Shown in pieces: positions 40,020 through 52,300 of a DNA stretch of 64,000 nucleotides (the stretch's first letter is position 1; each line of letters begins with the position of its first letter). Source of the stretch: Lingula anatina (lineage: Eukaryota; Animalia; Brachiopoda); assembly GCA_051362555.1 (NCBI GenBank), contig CM120648.1, positions 13,016,587-13,080,586 on the forward strand, read 5' to 3'. The position numbers and the translations under genes were made by a program. The notes beneath the pieces were generated by a model. The model saw only the letters and a program-made list of their open reading frames with translations. It did not search any database and had not been told where the DNA came from.

Positions 40020-43000
40020 CCAGTGCATCAGAGAGACTAACATGAGATGGCGCCACTTCCTTCAGACGGATTCTTCTTCGCATACAGCTATCCAGTGAAT
40101 GAGTCCGAGACAAATGACCATTAGGTGTTGTTGTTCCACTGGCTGGTGCCGATTTCGGAAACTCCACGATCATGTCGCGAGAGATAACATTTGCTGAGCG
40201 CTCTTGTACACTGTCACCAAAGCGGCTGGTGGGATCTTTGGGAAATGGTGCACTCTTCTTGCTTCGGAGGCAGCAATAGGATGGCTGTGTTGTCGGGGAA
40301 GCTGGCTCATCAACGGGACTGGTAGAAATTCCATTTTCATCGATGATGTTAACTGCAGGCACCAAAGGCGGGAGGTCCAAATCGGGTGTCTCACACCCCG
40401 GGGGACACATGTACCAGCGGCAGAATATTCTAGCCTCCGTCTGGGTCTCAGCTGCACAGTGATCTACCCCTTGCTTTGGTTGGCTGCTCAAGCGTCTAAC
40501 ACGCTGAGGAGAGTCCCCAGGTGGCTGCAATCCATCTTCACTGGTCTGGGTCGCGGGGTCAAGGTCACTTGCTTTTACTTCTGGTGACAGGTCAATGTCT
40601 TCTTCTGTAAAGTGAATGTGGAGGTTCTGTTAAAGTCTGAACTCATTAAATTCCAACCGGAGAGCATATAACAACTAGAGGATCAGAGAGGCGATACCGC
40701 CTCCTGATATTGTACCACCAGCTGGGGTAAGCGCATTTGTATGGGAAAGAAAAAGAAAGTGGGGCCCCACCTGTATGGTTGTGGGTGACAAGCTGCAGGA
40801 AATGTAGTAAACAAGGTGTTTTTTTTTTTGTTGTTTTTTTTTCAGTTTTGGCATCTAATGGCTGCTTTTCCCATGAAAATGCACCGATTGACCCCGAACT
40901 TCCACACATTAAAGCAGTCTGCAATTGTAACCCCTCAGTATAATATGAGAGCTAAGGTCTGCTTAGTTTCTGAACATTGGCACAAACAAATATCTTTTTG
41001 CAGAAATTCCCTTTTTTGCGATCTAGGAGGATAATTGGTAATGGTGCCTTTTATCCCACGCCACCCTGCGGAGCCGTACGATATGGGTTGGTACTAAAAC
41101 CACGAATACCCCCAGCTTACACACTGGTGGTACTAACTATGGGCATATCTTTGCCAGTTTTGAAAGTATAAGCACTGAAAAAAGTTGCAAAGTTCAGTCC
41201 ATGGTGAAAAGTAGGTCAAAGGTCAATTTCAAGGTCACAGTTAAATTGCCAGTATATGACTTCCTATTCAACTTCAATAGTAACTATTGACCCAACTCTC
41301 CTAGTTTTGGAGATATAAGAGACTAAAATTTTTCAAACTTCAGTTAATGGTGAAAAGTAGGAATGTACTTTTTGATACAGCATAACTCGTGAACCGTATG
41401 GAAAACAAAAAACACGGAGACCACCTCCAGTGTTGGGCTTGACATGCTCTATCAAATGCAAAAAACAAAAGGTCTCTAGCATTAACGACTCCAGAATTAG
41501 AGAGAGTTTTATGTTTCAGCATCTAATGGCCGCTGCTCCCGTGAAAATGCATCGATTGACTCGAAACTCACAGAGATGAAAGATAACCTGAAGGGTAACA
41601 ACTACCAAATATATTAGAGGTTAGGTCTGCGTAGTTTCTGAATATCAGCACAAATAATTTTTTTTTCGTAAAAAATTCCCTTTTTTTGAAAAATTTGGCC
41701 TGTTTGACCTTGAAATAAAGGTCAAAGGTCAAATCCAAGGGCATATTTGGAATCCTCATATGTGACTTTCGGTCAGACTTCTATATTAATTTTTCCCATA
41801 ATTCCTTCAGTTTGGGAGATATATAGCATTGAATTTTCAAAAATTTTGACAAGGGTGCATTTCAACGAGCGTCATGCCCAGGCAATTGCACCAATCGAGA
41901 CAAAAAAACCAGGGGGTTCAAGTTGAGATTATATGTGACCTAAATCCAAGAGATGGGGACACAGGCCCATGCAGTCTAGGAGGAGAAGCGGTAACGGTGA
42001 CTTGTATCCCACGCCAGCCTGCGGAGCCGGCGGAGCTCACGGAGCCGGCGGAGCTTACGGAGCCGGCGGAGCCGGCGGAGCCGTACGATACGGGTCGGGA
42101 CTAAAACCATGAGTACCGCCAGCGTACACGCTGGTGGTACTAATAATTATGATAGAATAATTTGCTTTTTAAATGTTTGATATGATTTTGATTAGTTCTC
42201 AGCGCCATCTACTAACATTATTATATACTAAAACCACTACGTTCAATTCAAAACTGCTTAATTAAAAAACTACAAAATTTTCATCTGCTCAAATAATTTT
42301 CACACAATGACCATGCACTACCAAGACCAGGTAATTGTCATTGGAAAACAAACAAACACTAAACAGAACTTCATCTGAAACCATAAATTATCTATCCTCT
42401 AACATGGCCTTTTGGCTCCTTATAGTGACTTTGTCTCATAACAGAAATGATTTCTTAGTCTGCAAATAGACAGCAAAATAGTCTAGACAGACAACCATTT
42501 CAACCACATCAAATGCCCTGTCACTACCTGACCTCCCTGAAATGACCTTCAACTTGACCTTGAAGACACTTTTATCTGACCTTCACCTTGGCCTTCTTGG
42601 TTTCCATGTTGTTTCAGCTTCACCGTCACTTCTGCCATGTCCAATCCCGTCCTGCGACACAGGAATGTCTGCGTGCCCATGTCACTGACCTCCAACATGG
42701 CGTCGACCTCTGCGCCCTCTGAAGCTTTCTTATCCATACTTCTGTCCTCAGCAGGCTTTTCAGACACCGGGTTGGTGTAGCCTGGAAAATTGATAATTTC
42801 TTACTTTACAGAGAAATTAATAATCTACTAGTTACCCTGCAAAACTAAATTTAAGTCAATATTTTTGTTTATTTTTGCTAGCTTTTTTTCCTATCAAAAA
42901 TCCTAATGAGAGAGAATCCAGAATGTATAAATTAATCAGTTTTGAAAAAAAATTTAATTAAATTTTCTAATTAAATTAATTAATTTTAATTAAATTTAAA

Positions 43001-43300
43001 TTTTTTCTAATTAAAATTAGAAAGCTGATGTTGTTGCATACACACTAAATATGTCAGTGTCTATTGTAAACATGTTTCCATTTAATGCAGTTCTATCATA
43101 CTATTTCCAAAATGTAAACATGTATAAATGAAAGAAAACAATTAAAGGAGGAGGGGGGGAGGGCAAGATAGTCGATACAATAAAACTTAGGGTAACAGAG
43201 AAATTGAGCTGGGTAAAAACTCACTTTCAGAACTATGATATTCAGGGTGATAGCATGTGTTGGGGAGAGAAAGGTTACTATTGGCACCTATTTACCCACA

Positions 43301-43359
<59 letters not shown>

Positions 43360-46300
43360 GTTAATTAAATATCACCTGCATCTTAAAACTGATAGGATTC
43401 CACCCTGCACATGTGCTGTTTGCAGTACTTTCTAATAAAAAAAAATGTGTTCCTTTATTTTAATGAAATAATAAGCAACCTCCTACATTTTTGACAAAAG
43501 TGTTTTTTTTTTTTTTTTTTTAACCTTCATGATCTTCCTGTTTTATAAGCTTATCTTTATGGTCATCAGGTGCTGCCATCTTTTGGTCACTGGCATCAAC
43601 TACTGTCTCCCCTGTTGCCTTTATTTCACTTGTTGGTAGCAATGAGTAGGAATGAGTTTCGGTAGCTAAGGCACGTAATGGAGATTTTTGTCTCTGAAAT
43701 AGCACAATAAATATTACTTTTAGTTTCATAGATATAATAAGAAAAAGAAAAATAAAGAGAAAAAGAAACAAAGCAGCAAAGCTGTCAAATGTACAGACAA
43801 AGAACAGAAAATAAAGATGCAAATAAGTGAAAAATTAAATTTTCACAAAAAACTGTTAAATTGCCAGAAAAATTTACCAAACAGACTGCGTTGCCTATTG
43901 AAGCTGTATGTTAGACCCACGTTTCTTTCCTGTAAGTTTGAGAACAGTAAGTGACATGATTTCCCTTAAATGGTCATCATAGGAGCAGTGCCCAAAATAG
44001 GGGTTTCTTCAAATTTTGATGCAACATTACATAATGTTTAACAGCATAATGACAATCAAATGTTATTAATAAAATATTAGTAACATGGACATTCAGAAAA
44101 TGTGACAAGCAAAAGTCTTCAAGATCATGGAACTTTAAAGTCACACCTTGAAAATGCCAATATGTGAAAAATTAAATTTTCACAAAAAACTGTTTAACTG
44201 CCAAAAAAAAAAAAATAAATAAATAAATAAAAAAAAATAAAAATAAAATACCAAACAGACTGCCTTGCCTACTGAAGCTGTATTTTAGTCCCATGTTTCT
44301 TTCCTGTAAGTTTGAGAACAGTAAGTGACATGATTTTCCTTAAATGGTCATCATGGAAGCAGTGCCCAAAATAGGGGTTTCTTCAAATTTTGATGCAATA
44401 TTACATAATGTTTAACAGCTTAATGACCATCAATTTTTAATTATAAAATATTTGTTTCACAGATATTCAGAAAATGTGACTAGCAAGGTCTTCAGGCCCA
44501 TGGAACTTCAAAGTCACGCCTTGAAAATGCCAAAATGTAAACAAGACAGCACTGTTCTGAAATGGGTTTATTTCCATTTTTAACACTTTTTTAACATAAA
44601 ACAAAATAAACATTTTACTGCCATTTTATATGACCAACTAAGAAAATTGATGAGATGGGAAAAGTATCAATAGAACAGTGTTAAATGTCTAATTTCCTCC
44701 ATTCTGAGATTCTGAACATAGTGGATGATTGAATCTGACAAACTGCAATGATATGAGTTTATTTCCATTTTTGACACTTTATTACACAATACATGATAAC
44801 AAGTTTACCATGTTTTTTACATAATCAACTAACAATGTTGTAAAGATGCAGGAAATATCAAACAAACACTTTTAGGCATCTTATTAGTTAAATAATGAGA
44901 CTGTTAACATGCCTAATAATTGAATCTGAGGAAATGTGAAAAACAGTATAACTTCTAAAATAATGGCCCGATTATGCTGATTTTCGAACTCAACCTGCGT
45001 TTTAGTAAGATTGACCACTCCTGTGAGTATAATTAAAATTGGCCAATCCGTTTTTCTTATATTGTGTTATCAGTGTTGTATTTATATTAAAAATAGTGAA
45101 AAAAAAGCATAAATTCCCTAAAAATGGCCCAAGCATGCTGATTTTCGAACTTGACCTGCATATTATGAATATTCATCAGTTCTGTAAGTTTCAAGTCAAA
45201 AGGTAAAATGGTTTACCACTTATCGTGTTATCGGTGCTGTATATATGCTGAAAAAAGTGAAAAAACAGCATAAATTCCCTAAAAGTGACCCGATCATGCT
45301 GATTTTCGAACTTGACCTGCGTATTATGAATATTCATCAGTTCTGTAAGTTTCAAGTCAAAAGGTAAATTGGTTTTCCACTTATCGTGTTATCGGTGCTG
45401 CATATATGCTGAAAAAAGTGAAAAAACAGCATAAATTCCCTAAAAGTGACCCGATCATGCTGATTTTCGAACTTGACCTGCGTATTATGAATATTCATCA
45501 GTTCTGCAAGTTTCAAGTCAAAAGGTAAAATGGTTTTCCACTTATCGTGTTATCGGTAAAAGTGCACGGCGACGACGGCGACGACGGCGACGACAGACGC
45601 AGATGATGGCTATATGTACAGACACATCTGTGTCTGTACATAAAAATTAGCTGACTGAGCTCTTATATGATATAATTATTTTGTTACATTTGTTTGCAAC
45701 TACAAGCTATACACTTGTACTACAAGTGATATATATGATATAATAACAATATCAAAACTATCTGAAAATTAAAAAAATTACAAAACATTATTACTACAGT
45801 CGAAATGAGTTAAACTTATAAGTGTTGTTCCCTCCTCATCTGGAATTTTAATTAATTTTTGCTGAGTCATCCCATGTGTGTTCATGTGATGCAGACACGT
45901 TCTTCAACCTGTGACAATTACTCATGATACTATTTTTTGGCAGAACTGAATTACTAGTATTTCCCTTCCCTCCACAGGATTTAATTTTTTTTATTTCTAT
46001 AAGTCAACTCTACTCTCAATGGGGCATTTCATTATTTTTGTGTCCTGGGCATAAAAATTTCAAACATATAAAAATCAACCAAAAGTAACATTTTCCGTGC
46101 GTGGGTTAAAAAAAGATTTACCTGTAATTTATGAATTCATTATTTTATAGAGCTTTAAACTTGAAAATTGTGCAAAATTGCACTACAGATGGAATTCTTT
46201 TTTTTACTTTCTTAATTTTGCATATTTTGAAGGGAATAAGATTATCATACATTCAAATAGTTATCATTTCTAAATTTTTAAATTAAAAGAATAATTTATA

Positions 46301-49300
46301 TTGTCTCACAATGTCCTACTATAACCACCCCACCACCCCCCTACTGGTACCTCTCCCTTTATCATTGGATGAGCTTTTCTTAACTCTCAGGATCAGCCAA
46401 AGCAAACACTGTGTACAGTCTGTAGCATTCAAAGCCAAGAACGGAAAAGTCTATTGACAAGCAAGGTTAATGGTAGACACGTTCAGAGATCAAACGTATC
46501 ATCTTACCCCACAGTAAACATATGCTTCCCTCATTTATCATACTGAGTTAACTTTGGCATAAATTCAAACTTGACAAGCTTTTTACTAAAAAGCCATACA
46601 GATACTAAGTAGATTGAAAAACTGTCCAAGCGTAACTTTAAGATCAAATTTTCATCTTATCTGACACCAGATATATCACCAGTAGTTCATAAAATGAATT
46701 TTGCACCTGTTTAACAGCAAGAAAGATTTGCCTTGTTTCAGAGCCTTATTTAGTTCTTTTTTTAAAAGTAGACTACTACCAAGGGTTTTGAAGCCAACCA
46801 ACATTTCGGTCTGAAAAGGTCTAGACCAAAATTGGGGCCATACACGTAGCTGTTTTGTAAAACTGCTGTTTCGCTTACAACAACAGGGGCAGATTTAGGC
46901 CGTCTTCTGGATCTTCCGGAAGACGGTCAGATTTTCAAGTTTACATTGATGGGTATCAAATTTTTCTGTCGGAAGATGGTCAAAAATGGAGGATAGATCA
47001 ACAAAGATAATTTGGAAGACTGTCAAAATATATATCTGGATCCGCCCCTGAACAATCCTAGACATTATGCATACATACATACAGATGGGAGCAGATGGGT
47101 ATTTTTTTATCGGAATCAGAGAATTGCCAGTGAAATGTCAGTTGCATTAATGTCTAGTAACTGGGGTAGATGTGCCACACTGAAAGCTTTTAGTTATAAC
47201 GTTCTTCCCAAATTGCTGTAACTGCGTGTTCTGTACGTAAATAATGTTTTGTAAAGTTGAGTATCAGATTCAGTAAACCTTTTCATACTTTTTATCTAGG
47301 TCAATGACTTCACTTAACAACGAGGTTATCGTTTATGTAACTGAGTCTGCCCTTTTTGTACTATGTAGACTCAGAGGCACCTCTTAGCTCATGTTTGCAA
47401 TATAAATTGTTCTAAAAAGCAAAACTGCAAAAATGAGAAGTCCCTCATAATAAATATTTAAATAAATAATAGGAAGGAAAATAATTTTAAAACAATTCTA
47501 GTATCCATGATTAACTTATTTCAGCTGTTAAACAATGTAAATCCAGTCCAAAAAAAAAAAAACTGTAATATATTATAATATATAAATAACTAATAGCTGG
47601 TATCTAAATAAGGTTAAAATTGTGTTTTGGCTGTGTTGATGAGTTCTAGTTGTATTTATGTCTACAGATACTGAAACACCAAACAGGATGATATTGTGGC
47701 ACAGCAAAAATTAACACTAGGCACTCTGTCGCATACAGCACAGTGGACTACAACATCTCATCAAAATAAATAAATATATAATAAAACACACACACACATT
47801 TTTAATTACAACTGTGCCTATTTTGTTTTGGATGACCAATACAGCAAATCGTGATGGTTGGCCATCCTCCCTATCCTCAAACATAAAGAATAACTATATG
47901 GATGAATATAAATTAAGTAAAGTTTGGACATTCAAAAGTAGAGTGCAGAAAGGAGAGATCTGCATTTATGGGTTCAAAGTCACACAGGTACTAATAATCA
48001 CATGTAAATTATCTTAATGGGAAAGGGAAAGTAAAATTATGTACAAGTTTATGGCCTTATTTAACATCCATTATTGAAGTAAATGTGGAGAAACCAGGGA
48101 AAGGAAAATAAAACAGATTTTAGCTCTAATAACTTTTTATGCTGAAAAATCATTACTGACTTTATCCCAAAATTCTAAAATTCAGTATTAGAAATTTATT
48201 TTAATATATATTCCTTTTTAAATCATTTTTATCATTATCATCTTTTAATACTAAGGGGAAAGTCATCATAATAAATTGCTCACTGTTATATTATCACAGG
48301 TCAAATTCCTTATAGATCAATATTTATTGATCACAGGTCAACATCCTAGCTCAACATCACAAGTCAACATACAAGGTCTGCACCCTAGGTGAAGACCATG
48401 AGTAAGACATGCACCAAAAGACCACTTTATACAAAATGTTTACCTGTAATACTACGCCAACTAGTAACTAATAAATGGCCTGAATTATTCATTGCTACTG
48501 ACAGCAACTTACCTCAAAGATCAAATCTTACAGTTACATTACCCAACAACAAATAGTGATCAGAATTGTTACATATTTGACAGGTATTCATAACTTACCT
48601 ACAAAACAACAACTGCTGATTACTAACACTTGATCACCAGGGACCTCTGAATTCCTCTATCTACACAGTTAGAAAATGATTCAAGAACAGTAACAGCAAT
48701 GTCAACAGTAATTCCAATGGCTTTCTACTGTAAAATGACAACTGTGGACTGTATGAAGTACCCACACTGGAGCAGCATCCGTCCACAGATAGAATTACAG
48801 TAACAGCAACGTCAACAGTAATTCCAATAGTATTCCTACTGTTAAACAGCGACTGTGGACTTAAAGAGGTACCCGCACTGGAGCAGCATCCGTCCACAGA
48901 TACAATATTACTAGTACTGTAACAGCAACAACAGTAATTCCAACAGTTTTCCTTCTGTTAAAAGACGACTGTAGACTGTAAGAAGTACCCACACTGGAGC
49001 AGCATCCGTCCACAGCTTCAACTAAAATGATTTCCTATCTTTCTGCCAGGAAGATAAAGTTTCACCTATCTGACACTGCCAGGGGGCTCTAGAAGGGGCA
49101 CTGAGATGTGAGATTATTAACTTTAACTGAGCTAGTGATTAAATATGGGCTGTGACAGGTTCTCTTAATTGATACCTAGACATCTTTTTGTACTGAATTT
49201 TTAAAAATAAAAATCTAGATTATTTTGAAGGGCTCATTAAAACAAAAGACATCTATATCAAAAGTGATGCTCATGGCTGAAAATCACAATTTTTTGGTGA

Positions 49301-52300
49301 GCCTAATTTTGGCCTTTACCCATGCATGGCCTTGATTGCTCTGATATTGATGATGTTATATATCAGGACACTTCTACGTTTAGTTTTGCAGCAAATTAAT
49401 AGTTATACCCTCCATAATAACACCTAATGCTCCAGTGACAACAAAGATGTTCATGAGATAATTAATAATTTACTTATCGAGTATTATTTATCGTATTAAT
49501 GAGTAACTCTTTAGGCAGATTACTTTGAGAAAATATGTAAAAGCTAGAACTTGTAAGTTCTATATACACAGGTATTATCAAATATATTATAATGTCACTA
49601 TATGTGATGTATTTCTCTTAAATTATCCATAATTGTCAGATATAAATAATTTACATAAATTTTAATTTATAAATTAAGCCGTTTATAAGGCAAGGTTTTG
49701 GTATAAATTTTGTATTGAGTGCAACATTAACTGCTTAGTTTAAGGAGAAATTATTTCAGTACTGGTATTCAGACAATTAATTTTTAAAAATTTTCATGTA
49801 AATATATGTATATTTTTTTTAAATATTATGTGGTCAATTCTCACACCAGTACAACACACACACCCTCCCCTCACATCTTTCCACCTCATAGTGCACATTT
49901 AAATATGTAAACTGACGAGGTTGACTTTCATATAGATTCCAGTCTCTCCTATTCTATAGGCTCAGGTAGTCCCTAGGTTTTGTTAAAGGGGAGCACAAGG
50001 ATAAAATTTGAAGGCCTTCAGAATAAGTTGATCTACAGACTTACTGCTTAGACTGGGTTCCCATGCCTAGATCGATCCATCTGGATCGATCTAACTCCCT
50101 GGGGAGTCTCACTAAATTGCTGTCAACTAACCGGTTTAAATGTCTGTCATGGCTACCGAATCAGCTAGGGGGTAAAGATAATTACCCCCTAACAGCTTTA
50201 CTAGGCGTAACAGATACTTACGCGTGTCAAGTTGACAGCAATTTAGTAAGACTCCCCAGGGAGATACATCGATCCAAATATCTGTGGGAATGGTCCCTCA
50301 GTTGATCACCTCCACATGCGCTGTCCCTGCAGGAGCCTAGCAATTAAACCTTGAAATCATGATTTAATCCGTTTACTAGTAATGGTGTGTATGGAGGTGG
50401 GGAGACCATCACCAGATTAATCAGCATTGCTTTTATGTGGGTCGGCCATATTTGATCCACGGATCTGTTAAACCCCAGATCAACTTGTTCTCTGAATGCC
50501 CGATTAATTTAGCAACACTTTGTAAGGTATTTGTGAAAATAAATCAGATGGCGGTGAGATGAGAAAATAAAATTAAGGCACGCAGAAAACTGTCAAATTT
50601 GCTTGGTGTATAGCATTGTTGTTCATGTTTTTTTTTTTTTTTTGTTTTTTTGTTTTTTTTTTGGAGGGGGGAGGGGAGGGGGTGGAGGGGAGGCAAACCT
50701 AGAAAAGGCATTTTGTAAATAGTTTTAAAACACCAACATTTTGTTGAAACAGGCCCCAGGACTAGCCAGCCTATCTCAAGATAAACAGACTACTGTATGT
50801 ATACCAGTAAGCCAAAGTGATTTCAAAAACTGTCATTTGATTGTGGTCTTGACATACTTACATAGTAAAGATCTAACATCAAAACGCAACATAAATGTAA
50901 AATCTAAGCCTTTGAAGAAGAAATATCTTGGTGTACAAGTACAGGCAGTCTGGCAGTAAGCATTTGGCAAATGCACTTACTAGTATTCTGATTTCATGAA
51001 GTACTACTATAAGACAATATGAAAAAAATCTCTTGTCTTTCACTATAATTAACTAGAGGATCAGAAAGGCGATACCGCCTCCGAATATTGTACCACCAGC
51101 TGGAGCAAGCGCATTCGTACAGACCCCCACATACACAAAATAAGGAACACAGCCACCAGTCTTGTGCTTGACAAGCTGTAAAAATGCAATCAACAAGAAT
51201 TTTCAAAATATGCAAAAAATATATATATAACTAAAAATGGTACAATCAAAGTTAAGTTCATCGTAAGGTAGGTCAAAGGTCAATTCCAAGGTCACAGTAA
51301 ATTGCCAGTATATGACTTCCTATTCAACTTCAATAGTAACTATGGGCCTATCTCTGCCAGTTTTGGAGATAAAAGGGAAGCAAAATTTGCAAAGTTCAGT
51401 TCATGGTGAAAAGTAGGTCAAAGGTCAATTTTAAGGTCACATTTAGATTGCCAGTATATGACTTCCTATTCAACTTCAATAGTAACTATGGACCTATCTC
51501 TGCCAGTTTTGGAGATAAAAGGGAAGCAAAATTTGCAAAGTTCAGTTCATGGTGAAAAGTAGGTCAAAGGTCAATTTTAAGGTCACTTTAAGATTGCCAG
51601 TATATGACTTCCTATTCAAGTTCAATAGAGACTATGGACCTATCTCTGCCAGTTTTGGAGATAAAAAGGAAGCAAAGTTTGCAAAGTTCAGTTCATGGTG
51701 AAAAGTAGGTCAAAGGTCAATTTTAAGGTCACATTTAGATTGCCAGTATATGACTTCCTATTCAACTTCAATAGTAACTATGGACCTATCTCTGCCAGTT
51801 TTGGAGATGTAAGGGACTAAATGGTATAATTTTGGAGTTACCATAATGTGCCATAAATTTCCTACAGAAAAAATTAATTAAAATAAAGAAAAGGTCATTT
51901 TGGTCAAAATTCTTGAAATGGGAGGTGCTCTGAAGTTCCAGATGTTCAAATTTGATGAAATAATGTCATTTTTGACCACAAGTTGTCTGCTTTGCCAAGC
52001 CTTATGTTTTATTTTTCCAGAGTTCAAAATTTATTATCCATTACCGTACTGCACATTTTGCTCTCACCACCAATATGTACTTTTTGATACAGTGTAACTT
52101 TAGAGATGAAAGGGAAGCAAAATTTGCAAAGTTCAGTTCATGGTGAAAAGTAGGTCAAAGGTCAATTTTAAGGTCACATGTAGATTGCCAGTATATGACT
52201 TCCTGTTCAAGTTCAATAGAGACTATGGACCTATCTCTGCCAGTTTTGGAGATAAAAGGGAAGCAAAATTTGCAAAGTTCAGTTCATGGTGAAAAGTAGG

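Noticed and set aside
45140-45505. Minus-strand CTGATGA...GAAA in each 161-bp unit as tandem hammerheads
   Set aside because: No stem II closing pair, and no stem I/III or NUH geometry could be formed.
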